A DNA stretch of 64,000 nt from Candidatus Multivoradales bacterium. Its GTDB lineage: Bacteria > Acidobacteriota > Thermoanaerobaculia > Multivoradales > Multivoraceae. The stretch's first letter is position 1. Each line of letters starts with the position of its first letter. The stretch lies in contig CBDCWI010000002.1 of the NCBI GenBank assembly GCA_965223325.1, positions 1,344,001 through 1,408,000 on the forward strand, given 5' to 3'. Below the pieces are notes generated by a model. The model was given only the letters and a program-made list of their open reading frames with translations. It did no database searches and was not told the DNA's origin. The translations under genes and the position numbers were made by a program. This document shows positions 37,844 through 48,288 of the stretch, one piece after another.

Positions 37844-39468
37844 ATCTCCTGAACGTCACGGCCGTCATCCGGCCGCGTACCGAGTGGGAGAGTGTCGACC
37901 TCGGCTACTGCATGGTGCGCCAGTGGGCACGACCGATCTACACCGCCTGGGTGGTGGTTTCCCTGCCGCTCGTCATGTTGCCGTGGATCCTCCTCCACGG
38001 CTACGCCGGCTGGGCCCTGTTGATCTTCTGGTGGTCCCGAGTGCTCGCGGAGCTGCTGGTGCTCGACTTCCTGAGCAAGGCTCTGTTCGGCGCCGCGCCG
38101 AGCCCCGGCGCGATCGCGCGCAACTGGCCTCGCCTGGTGCTCGCACACGGGCCACGCCTCCTCCTCTTGCGCCCCTTCTCACTTGCTCGCACCTTCCTCC
38201 TACCGATCGTGCAACTCGAGGGCCTGCGCGGGGCAGAGCGCCGCGAACGAATTCGCGTCGTCGCCGCCCGTGGGCGGGAACACGCCTGGCTGGTCGCCTT
38301 CTGTTCGTTCGGTTTCGAATGCATCTTCCTACTCGGTCTCCTGTTGACTGCGATGATCTTCATCCCCGAGGAACTGAGACCGGCTGTCGAGACGACCTTT
38401 AGCGGTTGGGCGACTCCCGACGCCTCTCTCTTGGTGCACGGCCTGGTTGGTTTGCTCCTGTGGGCGGCCTGGTCGATGGTCGCGCCCTTCCACGTCGGGG
38501 CGGGGTTCTCGGGTTACCTCAACCGGCGAGCGCTGCTCGAAGGCTGGGACATCGAGATCGCCTTCCGGCGCATGGCACAGCGCCTCCTAGCGAACCGTAC
38601 GCGGTTGCGTCTCGAGCGCCGCAAGAGCCGGCCGGCGGACTCTGCGACTCTCCTGCTCCTGGTGTCATGCCTCGCCTGGCCAGCACCTGGCGAGGCCCAG
38701 AAGTCCGTCTCCCCCAAGGAGAAAGAGATCGCGGGGAGTGCTATTTCGAACCCTTCTGATGTCCCCGAGAACCGGCCGGCCGATCCCTGGATCGGTGAGG
38801 GCGAGGACCCCAACGACCAGATCAGCCTGATTCTCGAGCGCGAAGAGTTCGGCCACGAAGAAACCCGAACCGAGTTTCAGTTTCGGCCATTCGGGCAGGG
38901 CAAGCGCAAGAGCGACCGACAGTCGAACTTCACTCTCGGCGGCCTACCAGTAGGTTTTCTGGCGCCGGTTCTCGAAGTCTTGCTCTGGACGATCGCGATC
39001 GCTCTGGTCATCGGCCTGGTCGTCCTTGCACTGCGCGCCTGGGGCGAGCGGCAGTCGGCTGGCAGCAACAAGGGCACGGCAGAGATTCCTCTCGAGGTGT
39101 TCGGCCTCGACATCCGACGCGAGTCGCTACCGGATGACCCGGCGGCAGAAGCCCTCGCTCTGTTGGCGAAAGGCGAGGCTCGCAAAGCCCTCAGCCTGCT
39201 CTACCGCGCCACCCTCGTGCGCCTCGTACAGCATGACGGTCTACCCATCGAAGACAGCTGGACCGAGGGCGACTGCCTCCGATGGTTGGACGGGGCAACC
39301 AGCAACCGGCGGTTCGACTCCTTCGCTGAGTTGACCGCCTTGTGGTCCCAGAGCGCCTACGCCCACCGCGACCCGGACGCAACCCGTCTTCGAGCGCTGT
39401 GTCAGAACTGGTCTCAACTCTGGGCGGCACCCCAGGCGGCTCCCGGTAGCACCGGGGTGGCCTCATGA
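37840..39468 (+). CDS. DUF4129 domain membrane protein
   Basis: RPR..WE..DLG, YLNRR..LEGWDIE, ALSLLYRA, TEGDCL, W...AY.H. Confidence 0.82.
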   Translation: MNLLNVTAVIRPRTEWESVDLGYCMVRQWARPIYTAWVVVSLPLVMLPWILLHGYAGWALLIFWWSRVLAELLVLDFLSKALFGAAPSPGAIARNWPRLVLAHGPRLLLLRPFSLARTFLLPIVQLEGLRGAERRERIRVVAARGREHAWLVAFCSFGFECIFLLGLLLTAMIFIPEELRPAVETTFSGWATPDASLLVHGLVGLLLWAAWSMVAPFHVGAGFSGYLNRRALLEGWDIEIAFRRMAQRLLANRTRLRLERRKSRPADSATLLLLVSCLAWPAPGEAQKSVSPKEKEIAGSAISNPSDVPENRPADPWIGEGEDPNDQISLILEREEFGHEETRTEFQFRPFGQGKRKSDRQSNFTLGGLPVGFLAPVLEVLLWTIAIALVIGLVVLALRAWGERQSAGSNKGTAEIPLEVFGLDIRRESLPDDPAAEALALLAKGEARKALSLLYRATLVRLVQHDGLPIEDSWTEGDCLRWLDGATSNRRFDSFAELTALWSQSAYAHRDPDATRLRALCQNWSQLWAAPQAAPGSTGVAS

Positions 39469-40835
39469 CTCCGCGCACCGCACGCAATCTGGCGATCGCT
39501 GGCGCCGCCGTCATGTTGGCGCTGATCATCAGTCGCTGCGACCGGGTCGAAGTCACCGAGTGGGAAGAAGCAACTGGCGAGGCTGCCAGCAACCCGTTCT
39601 ATGCCGCCAGCCTCCTGTTCGAAGAGCGTGGCCTCGAAGTCGAGCGGCCAGTCGGCTGGTATGACCTACCGCCCGATGACTTCACGCTCATGCTCCTGAT
39701 TCCGCGCTACTCGACCACCACCGACCGTGCCGACCGCCTGCTCGCCTGGGTCGAGGACGGTGGCCACCTGGTGATCGCTCCCGACAGCGCCTACGACCGC
39801 AGGTGGGACCGGCTGGCCAGCGGCGAGCTGCCGGAAGGTGACTCGGAGTCCGCCGACTCGACCGATGATTCGACATTTGACTCGAAAGATGACCTCGACC
39901 TCGACTTCGATCAGGGGAGCGACCCGCTCGAAGCCGACGAAGCAGACGTGTCGCACCTCCACTCAGATCCGATCCTCGATGCCCTGGGTGTCGAGGTCCT
40001 GCTCGAACCCGACCTCCTGACAGGTGAAGGCACCAGAATCGTCAACATCGACACGGGTCGCGGTCGACAACGCGTCGACGTCTGGGTCACCCCGACGCTC
40101 GCACACCGTCGGGCGAGCACCGAACTCGAGCTCGCCTCTGGAACCTTCGCGGCAGAAGGTGGCCACGCCCTCCTGAGGTTTCGCCGCGGCCAGGGCGCTG
40201 TGACCGTCATCCAGGACCCTTCGGTTTTAGACAACGACCAGATCGCGCTCCTTGACCATGCGCGCTACGCCTTCGACCTCGCCGAGCCCAAGAGCCTGCC
40301 GCGCCGGGGCGTGTGGCTCGTCCATCGCGACCGCTTCCCAAGCGTCTTCGATTTGTTGCGCCAACATGCAGCCCACGCCGTGCTGGCCGGAACCGTCCTT
40401 CTGGTGGCCTGGCTTTGGCACCGCGGTGGCCGCTTCGGACCGATCGAAGGTGGCCCACCGCCGACTCGCCGGCGCCTCCTCGAGCACGTCAGAGCGGTCG
40501 GCCACCTGCTATGGAGAACCAAACAGCAAGGCGCACTGGTCGATGCCACCCGCGCCGCATTTGAGCGCACCGCTGCACGTCGCGATCCGGTGCTCGGCCC
40601 CAAGAGCGAAAACGAGCGCATCACCCGCATCGCCGAGCGCATCGATATGAAGCCGGCCCGACTGGCCGGCGCCGTCCGAGCCGACGGAAAGTCGACCGAC
40701 TTTCTGGCTCTCATCAGCACTCTCGAGGAGGCGCGCCGCAGGCTCGCCGCGCATACCCTCGGCGGCGCCGCCCCCACGACTTCTGAGACCGCATCCTTGC
40801 GCTCCCTCGAGCGCCCAACGGAGAACATAAGATGA
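39465..40835 (+). CDS. DUF4350 domain protein
   Basis: A..NPFYAA, LLAWVEDGGHLV, G.G.VTV, RFGP, LLEHV.A; operon position. Confidence 0.8.
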   Translation: MTPRTARNLAIAGAAVMLALIISRCDRVEVTEWEEATGEAASNPFYAASLLFEERGLEVERPVGWYDLPPDDFTLMLLIPRYSTTTDRADRLLAWVEDGGHLVIAPDSAYDRRWDRLASGELPEGDSESADSTDDSTFDSKDDLDLDFDQGSDPLEADEADVSHLHSDPILDALGVEVLLEPDLLTGEGTRIVNIDTGRGRQRVDVWVTPTLAHRRASTELELASGTFAAEGGHALLRFRRGQGAVTVIQDPSVLDNDQIALLDHARYAFDLAEPKSLPRRGVWLVHRDRFPSVFDLLRQHAAHAVLAGTVLLVAWLWHRGGRFGPIEGGPPPTRRRLLEHVRAVGHLLWRTKQQGALVDATRAAFERTAARRDPVLGPKSENERITRIAERIDMKPARLAGAVRADGKSTDFLALISTLEEARRRLAAHTLGGAAPTTSETASLRSLERPTENIR

Positions 40836-41881
40836 CCGACCAACCAGAAAGCCCATCGACACCCGAGGCCGCGGCCGCACCGATCGAGCCGGCCGCCCCC
40901 GCCATCACCCGCCGTCCGAACCCGCAACTGGCGGGGGTCATTGATCTAGCCGGCAGGATGCGCACCGAGATCGGGCGCGCGGTCGTCGGCCAAAGGGTAC
41001 CGGTCGACCTCTTGCTGGTCTCCTTTCTCGCCAGCGGGCACGCTTTGCTCGAAGGTGTACCTGGACTCGGCAAGACGTTGATCGTCCTGTCGCTGTCGAA
41101 GACTTTCGGTGGCGACTTCGCGCGCATTCAGTTCACCCCTGACCTGATGCCCGCCGACGTGACCGGCCACAGCATCTGGGACTCGCAGAGTTCGAGCTTT
41201 CGTCTCAAGCGCGGTCCGGTGTTCACCAACCTTTTGTTGGCCGACGAGGTCAATCGTGCACCCGCCAAGACCCAGGCTGCTCTGCTCGAGGTCATGCAGG
41301 AACAACAGATCTCGATCGACGGCCGCACCTTTGAGCTGCAACCACCGTTCATGACCGTGGCGACCCAGAATCCGATCGAGCAAGAGGGAACCTACCCGCT
41401 GCCGGAGGCACAGCTCGATCGCTTCTTGCTCAAGATCGTCATCGACTACCCGGAGAGTCACGAAGAAGTCGATCTGGTTGAACGTGTGGTGACGGGGCGC
41501 AAGGGCGACTCGCTCGACACCGACGCCGTGCAACAGGTGGCCAGTGCCGAAATGGTGGTGCGGGCACAGCAAGCGGTCGCCGACCTGACGGTCGACCGCC
41601 GGGTCACCGAGTATGCCGTTCGCATCTGCCGCACGGCGCGCGAGTGGAAGGCCCTCCGTAACGGCCCTGGCCCGCGTGGCCCGATTGCGCTGGTGCGGGC
41701 CGCACGCGCCCACGCGGTGCTCGCCAGCCGCGACTATGTGCTCCCCGACGACGTCAAGCAGGTCGCCCCACCCTGCCTCATGCACAGGATTCTGCTCTCT
41801 CCGGAGCTCGAGATCGAAGGATACCGACCTGAAAGGGTCATCGAAGAGATCCTCGACGGCGTCCCTGCCCCCCGCCTCTGA
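40832..41881 (+). CDS. moxR: MoxR family AAA+ ATPase
   Basis: LEGVPGLGKT, RIQFTPDLMPAD, LADEVNRAPAKTQ, ATQNPIEQEGTYPLPEAQLDRF. Confidence 0.95.
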   Translation: MTDQPESPSTPEAAAAPIEPAAPAITRRPNPQLAGVIDLAGRMRTEIGRAVVGQRVPVDLLLVSFLASGHALLEGVPGLGKTLIVLSLSKTFGGDFARIQFTPDLMPADVTGHSIWDSQSSSFRLKRGPVFTNLLLADEVNRAPAKTQAALLEVMQEQQISIDGRTFELQPPFMTVATQNPIEQEGTYPLPEAQLDRFLLKIVIDYPESHEEVDLVERVVTGRKGDSLDTDAVQQVASAEMVVRAQQAVADLTVDRRVTEYAVRICRTAREWKALRNGPGPRGPIALVRAARAHAVLASRDYVLPDDVKQVAPPCLMHRILLSPELEIEGYRPERVIEEILDGVPAPRL

Positions 41882-41909
41882 GCCCCAGCCCCCCGGGAGA
41901 AGACAACTC

Positions 41910-43271
41910 GTGCGTCCGACCAGAACCCTCCTCCTCGCGCTCGCGGCGTGGTTCCTTCTAGGAGTCACCGCCGCTTTCGTCCCGGGTCTCGAGTGGTCGT
42001 TCTGGGCGGCAGGACTCGGCCTTCTGCTCGTCGCGCTTTTCGACGGATGGATGGGTCGGCGCCTTCCCGAGCTGGCGATCGAACGGCGCCTACCCGGCGT
42101 GCTCCCACTGGGAGTATGGAGCGACGTCAAGCTGCGCGTGCGGTTCGGCCGCGACAAGCTCACCACCGATCGAGCCGACCCCAACGCCTCCACAGCCGAG
42201 GGCGAAGGCTCGCTGGGGGGAACAGCCCGAGTCTTCGACCATCCACCCGAGGCGTTCGAGTTCGTCGGCTTGCCCCGGCCAGCCGCTGTTCTCGGGGGCG
42301 GCTGGAGCGAAATCAGCTATCGCGTCAAACCCAACCAACGCGGCGACCATCGCTTCCGCGGAACCGAGGTGCAGCGCCGATCACCCTGGAGGCTGTGGTT
42401 CTGCCGTCAAAAGATCGACGACGATCAACTGGTTCGGGTGCTGCCGAACTTTCGACCGGTGTCGGGCTATGCGATCCTGGCACTCGAGAATCGCCTCGGC
42501 CAGATGGGCATTCGGCTGACGCGGCGGCGCGGCGAGGGCCTCGACTTCCAGCAGCTGCGCGACTATCGCGAAGGTGACTCCCCCCGTCAGCTCGACTGGG
42601 CCGCGACCGCCCGCATCGGCAAGCCGATCTCGCGCCAGTACCAGGACGAGAAGGACCAGCAGCTCGTCTTCCTGATCGACTGCGGGCGACGCATGCATGC
42701 CCGTGACGGCGAGCTGTCGCACTTCGACCACGTCCTCAACGCGGTCTTGCTCTTGACCTACGTCGCGCTACGCCAAGGTGACAGTGTTGGTTTTCTCACC
42801 TTCGCCGGTGCCGATCGCTGGCTGCCACCTCAGAAGGGCGCCGCGGCAATGAATACCGTCCTCGAGCGGGTCTACGACCTCCAGACGACCACCGCGCCAT
42901 CGGACTACCTGGCGGCGGCCGAAAAGCTCGCCATCCTGCAGCGACGGCGGTCGTTGGTGGTTCTGGTTTCGAACCTGCGCGACGAAGACTCTTCCGAGCT
43001 CCTCCCCGCCCTGCGGCTTCTCCGCACGCGCAACCTGGTGCTGCTGGCGAGTCTGCGTGAACACTCGCTCGACACCGCGTTGCAGCAGCCGATTCACACC
43101 CTCGACGACGCCATCGATGTCTCCGCCGTCCACCACTACCTGGCGGCCCGCGAACGCGCCTGGGAGGCGGTCGCCGGCCAGGGAGTTCTGACTCTCGACA
43201 CCGAACCTGAAGACCTGCCGCTACGAGTTGTCAACCGCTACCTGGACATCAAACGCAGCGGCGCTCTCTGA
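41910..43271 (+). CDS. DUF58 (vWA-like) protein
   Basis: GEG.DFQQLRDY.EGD..R..DW.ATAR, IDCGRRM, GD.VG; start re-called at GTG 41910. Confidence 0.88.
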   Translation: MRPTRTLLLALAAWFLLGVTAAFVPGLEWSFWAAGLGLLLVALFDGWMGRRLPELAIERRLPGVLPLGVWSDVKLRVRFGRDKLTTDRADPNASTAEGEGSLGGTARVFDHPPEAFEFVGLPRPAAVLGGGWSEISYRVKPNQRGDHRFRGTEVQRRSPWRLWFCRQKIDDDQLVRVLPNFRPVSGYAILALENRLGQMGIRLTRRRGEGLDFQQLRDYREGDSPRQLDWAATARIGKPISRQYQDEKDQQLVFLIDCGRRMHARDGELSHFDHVLNAVLLLTYVALRQGDSVGFLTFAGADRWLPPQKGAAAMNTVLERVYDLQTTTAPSDYLAAAEKLAILQRRRSLVVLVSNLRDEDSSELLPALRLLRTRNLVLLASLREHSLDTALQQPIHTLDDAIDVSAVHHYLAARERAWEAVAGQGVLTLDTEPEDLPLRVVNRYLDIKRSGAL

Positions 43272-43312
43272 AGCTCCGAGAGGCGCGGTTCCTGCTGTGA
43301 GACCATGCGCCG

Positions 43313-44107
43313 ATGAAGATCGCGACCTGGAACATCAACGGCCTCCGTGCCCGACTCGACTTCATTCTCCATTGGTTGGCCGCCAGGGAACCCGACGTTG
43401 TCGGCCTGCAGGAACTGAAGCTCGAGGACTCCAGGTTTCCGTATGAGGCTTTCGAGCAGGTCGGCTACCGCGCCCATGTTCACGGGCAAAAGAGCTGGAA
43501 CGGCGTTGCCGTGCTGGTTCGAGAGGGTTCCGTCGGAGCCGGAACCGAGGTCAGAAAACGGGGCCTTCCCGACCAGGAGGATCGAGGCGCCCGCCTGCTC
43601 GAGGTCGCGCTCCCGAACTTCGACTTCACCACCGTCTACTGCCCCAACGGCAAGAGCGTCGACCACCAGGACTTCCCCGCCAAGCTCGCCTGGTTCGACA
43701 CTCTGATCGACTACGAACGGACCGCTTCGAAGGGACGACCACGCATTCTGTGCGGAGACTGGAACCTCTGCCCCCAGCCCATCGACTCCCACGATGAGGC
43801 GCGCCTTGAAGGTTCGATCTTCCACACCAAAGAAGAGCGCCAACGGTTCCAGACTCTGCTCGACCTCGGCTACCGCGACGTTTTCCGTGACCTACATCCC
43901 GAGGACCAGGTGTTCTCGTGGTGGGACTACCGCGCCGGCGCCTTTCATCGTGGCTGGGGTCTACGCATCGACCTTGTCCTGGCGACCCCCGACCTGGCGT
44001 CCAGGGCGCGCACCGCTCTGGTCGATCGCGAGTACCGCAAGAAGAAGGACGGCCAGACCGCCTCGGATCACGCTCCGGTGATCGTCGAGCTCGACGACGA
44101 CGGCTGA
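43313..44107 (+). CDS. xth: Exodeoxyribonuclease III / AP endonuclease
   Basis: ATWNING, LQELK, NGVA, Y.PNG, GDWN, WWDYR, RID, SDHAP. Confidence 0.95.
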   Translation: MKIATWNINGLRARLDFILHWLAAREPDVVGLQELKLEDSRFPYEAFEQVGYRAHVHGQKSWNGVAVLVREGSVGAGTEVRKRGLPDQEDRGARLLEVALPNFDFTTVYCPNGKSVDHQDFPAKLAWFDTLIDYERTASKGRPRILCGDWNLCPQPIDSHDEARLEGSIFHTKEERQRFQTLLDLGYRDVFRDLHPEDQVFSWWDYRAGAFHRGWGLRIDLVLATPDLASRARTALVDREYRKKKDGQTASDHAPVIVELDDDG

Positions 44108-44342
44108 TCGGACCGCTGCATCGATCGGAAGGGTGCTTGAGTTCTTCGGTCGAGCTGTGGAAGAGTCCCCTTGTTCGCGAGGCGCACAAGCGCGCCTCGC
44201 CGCCCCAGTCAACGCTGGGGCCGGGTTCCCGTGGACCTGCCACCTGGAACCACGGTCCCTGAAACAACTCCCTGGCACGCTGCCGCACTCATGGCATCGC
44301 GTGCTCATAGGCACTCGTTCGCGCGTGCCGAGGACTAGAACG

Positions 44343-44441
44343 ATGACGATCAACATCTTCGCCCTCATCCAGGGCGGCCTACTCCTTCTGCTTCCCTTCG
44401 CCGCCCTCGTCCTGACCCGCACCAGGCGACGCCGCAGCTAG
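44343..44441 (+). CDS. Putative 32-aa single-pass membrane peptide
   Basis: MTINIFALIQGGLLLLLPFAALVLTRTRRRRS; GAGGA RBS 8 nt upstream; hydrophobic core and Arg tail. Confidence 0.45.
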   Translation: MTINIFALIQGGLLLLLPFAALVLTRTRRRRS

Positions 44442-44492
44442 CGTAGGTCGCAGAGTTCTCGTGCGGCAGCGTCAACCAGCGACCAAAGCGAC

Positions 44493-45197
<705 letters not shown>

Positions 45198-45268
45198 CGC
45201 ATCTCCCGGTTGGTGGCATAGCTGGGTAAGCCAAGGGCCCTTCGTCTAGGCAACGATAAGATTACAGG

Positions 45269-45718
45269 GTGAACCAGGAGGCATCAGAAACCGGCCGACC
45301 AGAACACCCGCTGGTCTTTTACGATGGCGTGTGTGGCCTTTGCAACCGCACCACGCGCTTCATTTTGAAGCGCGACCCGGAAGGTCTCTTTCGCTTCGCT
45401 CCCCTCCAGAGTGCCTTCGCTAGTGAGGTCCTGCCGCGACACGGCGCCGACCCGGCAGCGCTCGACACTCTCTTCGTCCTCACCGCCGACGACCCGGAAG
45501 CCGAGCGCCTCCTGGAGCGAAGCGACGCGGTGCTCTGGATCCTTGCGCGCCTTTCGAAACCCTGGCCCCTCTTCGCTCTTCTCGCACGCCGGGTGCCAAG
45601 AGCCCCCCGAGATCTCGCCTACCGCCTCCTTGCGCGGCACCGCTACCGCATCTTCGGGCGCTCGGACGCCTGCGAAATCCCCGCGCCGACAGTACGCGCG
45701 CGTTTCCTGGTCGACTGA
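45269..45718 (+). CDS. DCC1-like thiol-disulfide oxidoreductase (DUF393)
   Basis: YDGVCGLC, FAPLQS, SDA, RD..Y...A..RY..FG...C. Confidence 0.9.
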   Translation: MNQEASETGRPEHPLVFYDGVCGLCNRTTRFILKRDPEGLFRFAPLQSAFASEVLPRHGADPAALDTLFVLTADDPEAERLLERSDAVLWILARLSKPWPLFALLARRVPRAPRDLAYRLLARHRYRIFGRSDACEIPAPTVRARFLVD

Positions 45719-45727
45719 AACGTCACC

Positions 45728-46606
45728 ATGCCACTCCTGGAGGTCCGTGACCTGGTCAAAGAGTATGGAGACCTGCGCGCCGTCGACGGGGTCTCGTTCG
45801 AGATCCCCAGCGGTAGCTGCTTTGGGCTTTTGGGCCCCAATGGCGCGGGCAAAACGACCACCGTCGAGATCATGGAGGGCGTCAAGGAACCAACCTCTGG
45901 CGAGGTTCTCTACCGCGGCAGAGCGATCGATCACCGCTTCCGCCAGGAGGCCGGCATTCAGTTTCAGTCGACTGCGCTGCAGGACTACATCAAGGTGCGG
46001 GAGGTTCTCGATCTCTTCGGCGCCCTCTACGAACGCACGATGGAGCGCCAGCGCCTGGTCGAGATGTGTGCTCTCTCCGAGTTCCTCGAACGTGACGTCG
46101 CCAAGCTATCGGGAGGTCAGCGGCAGCGCTTGTTGCTCGCTGTCGCGCTGGTGAACGACCCCGACGTGGTGTTTCTCGACGAGCCCACGACCGGGCTCGA
46201 TCCCCAGGCACGCCACAACTTCTGGGACCTCGTGCGCACGATTCGTGCCGAAGGCAAGACGCTGGTTCTCACCACCCACTACATGGAGGAAGCGTGGGTA
46301 CTCTGCGACGAGATCTGCATCATGGATCGCGGCCAGATCATCGCCCGCGGTGCGCCCTCGGTGCTGCTCGAGGAGCAGTTCGAAGGTGCAGTCATCGAGC
46401 TCCCCCAGACGGCCTTCACTCCTCCCACCGACTACCCCTGGCCCTTCTTCGCGCGCCATGACCTGATCGAGATTCACACCGCAGAAGTCGACCAGACGCT
46501 CCGCGACCTGCTCGAGCGCCAGGTCGACCTCGAAGACCTGAGGGTCAAGGAACGCACCCTCGAAGACCTCTTCCTCGAACTCACCGGCCGCGAACTGCGC
46601 GCCTAG
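45728..46606 (+). CDS. ABC-2 exporter ATP-binding protein
   Basis: GPNGAGKTT, LSGGQRQR, LDEPTTGLD, TTHYMEEA, TLEDLFL. Confidence 0.93.
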   Translation: MPLLEVRDLVKEYGDLRAVDGVSFEIPSGSCFGLLGPNGAGKTTTVEIMEGVKEPTSGEVLYRGRAIDHRFRQEAGIQFQSTALQDYIKVREVLDLFGALYERTMERQRLVEMCALSEFLERDVAKLSGGQRQRLLLAVALVNDPDVVFLDEPTTGLDPQARHNFWDLVRTIRAEGKTLVLTTHYMEEAWVLCDEICIMDRGQIIARGAPSVLLEEQFEGAVIELPQTAFTPPTDYPWPFFARHDLIEIHTAEVDQTLRDLLERQVDLEDLRVKERTLEDLFLELTGRELRA

Positions 46607-46622
46607 GACAACTCACCCCTCG

Positions 46623-47648
46623 ATGTTTCTGACTCGCACCCTGGCCGTCTGGAAGGCCCGCAACCGCGAGTTCTGGCGCGACAAGGCATCGCTGGGTTGG
46701 GGGCTCCTGTTTCCGATCCTCATGCTGGTTGGCTTCGGCTTCATCTTCGACGGTGGTCCCCAGCCGGTCTTCAAGATCGGCCTGATCGGCGAGACGCCGG
46801 AGCCGGGTGGCCCGCTGGCCAGATTCCTCGAAACACCCGAGCTCGAGTTCGTTCCTGTTGCCTCGCTTGAAGAAGGTATGCGCAAGATCGGCCAGCACCG
46901 CTATGACCTGTTGCTCGACCCGGGAACCACGGCGACCCCAGCTCGCTACTGGATCAACGGGGGCTCGAGCAAGGGGGCCATGGCGCGCCGCGTCCTCCTG
47001 GGCTCCGACCCGCCCGCTGACCTCACCATGGAGACCGTCAATGGACGAGAGCTGCGCTATGTCGACTGGTTCTTCCCGGGTCTCCTGGGCATGAACATCA
47101 TGTTCGCCGCCCTCATCGGTGTGGGCTTCGTGATCGTTCGCTACCGCAAGAACGGTGTTCTGCGACGCTTGAAGGCCACCCCGCTCAGCGCGTTCGAGTT
47201 TCTGACCGCTCAGGTCGCCTCACGCATGTTGCTCGTCATGGCGATTACCCTGATGGTCTATGTCGGTGCCCTCGGCATGCTCGACATTCAGATGCTGGGC
47301 AGCCACCTGCTCCTGTTCCTGGTGTTTGGCGTCGGCGCGTTCTGCCTGATCGCTCTCGGGGTGGTGATCTCGGCGCGCACCGCCAGCGAAGAGCTCGCGG
47401 GCGGACTACTGAACCTCATGACCTGGCCGATGATGATCCTCTCGGATGTCTGGTTTTCCCTCGAGGGCGCCCCGGCGTGGGTGCGTTCGATCGCGGAGCT
47501 TCTCCCATTGACCCACCTCAACCGTGCCGCCCGAGAGGTCATGATCGATGGCGCCGGCTTCTCCGCCATCGCGCCCGAACTGGTTCTACTCGCCGGCTCG
47601 AGTCTTCTCTTTCTGACAGTCGGCGCGTTTCTGTTCCGGTGGGAGTGA
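46623..47648 (+). CDS. ABC-2 exporter permease
   Basis: FWRD....W, Y.D...PG, R..G.LRRL..TP, LPLTH; six-TM layout; follows the ATPase. Confidence 0.9.
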   Translation: MFLTRTLAVWKARNREFWRDKASLGWGLLFPILMLVGFGFIFDGGPQPVFKIGLIGETPEPGGPLARFLETPELEFVPVASLEEGMRKIGQHRYDLLLDPGTTATPARYWINGGSSKGAMARRVLLGSDPPADLTMETVNGRELRYVDWFFPGLLGMNIMFAALIGVGFVIVRYRKNGVLRRLKATPLSAFEFLTAQVASRMLLVMAITLMVYVGALGMLDIQMLGSHLLLFLVFGVGAFCLIALGVVISARTASEELAGGLLNLMTWPMMILSDVWFSLEGAPAWVRSIAELLPLTHLNRAAREVMIDGAGFSAIAPELVLLAGSSLLFLTVGAFLFRWE

Positions 47649-47715
47649 CGGCCACATCAGGACGCCCACCATGAGGACGACCAGCTCAGCCAACACTCAG
47701 CCAGTCATGCCGGTG

Positions 47716-48288
47716 TCAAGAGTCCGTCTGGCGCATACGTGCGCGATGGCGCTGTTTGATCTGGCGCGCGACCTTCTCGGGCATCAGCACGAACAGACCT
47801 TTCGCCTCACCGACGATGTCTCCCTCGCGAGTTTCGAGGCGCGCATGGGTGGTCACCTTGCGACCACGGACCTCGCCGACCCACGCGTCGACCCTGAGCT
47901 GCGAGAACAAGGGCACCATGCTGCGAAAGTCATACTCGATGCGTGCCGTAAACGAGGGGTAACCCGAAAGCATCGCTGCAGCACCCAGGGCGTGATCGAC
48001 GACCGCCAAGAGAGCACCACCGTGCACGTGCCCCGGTGGACCCTGGGTCAGCGAGCCAAACCAGGCCTTGCCGACCAGATGGTCGTCCTCGAGGCGGCGG
48101 TAACTTCGAAAAGCGAGGCCGAGACGCTCCGCATCCGACGCTCCCGAGCCGGTAGAGCTCCAGGGTGTCTCGGTGACAAAAAACGCAGTGTCGCCGGGCG
48201 ACGGCCTGCTCCCGACGGTGACCCACCCCTCGTCGGGCTCGAGCCAGGCTGGGTCGAAGACGTCGCCGCTGGAGTCAGAGGAGGCCAC
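47716..48288 (-). CDS. PaaI family thioesterase
   Basis: QGPPGHVHGG..LAVVD hot-dog motif. Confidence 0.85.
   Translation of the reverse strand: MASSDSSGDVFDPAWLEPDEGWVTVGSRPSPGDTAFFVTETPWSSTGSGASDAERLGLAFRSYRRLEDDHLVGKAWFGSLTQGPPGHVHGGALLAVVDHALGAAAMLSGYPSFTARIEYDFRSMVPLFSQLRVDAWVGEVRGRKVTTHARLETREGDIVGEAKGLFVLMPEKVARQIKQRHRARMRQTDS

Noticed and set aside
44270-44310. Sigma-54 promoter (TGGCAC) before the small ORF
   Set aside because: No GC at the required -12 spacing after either TGGCA
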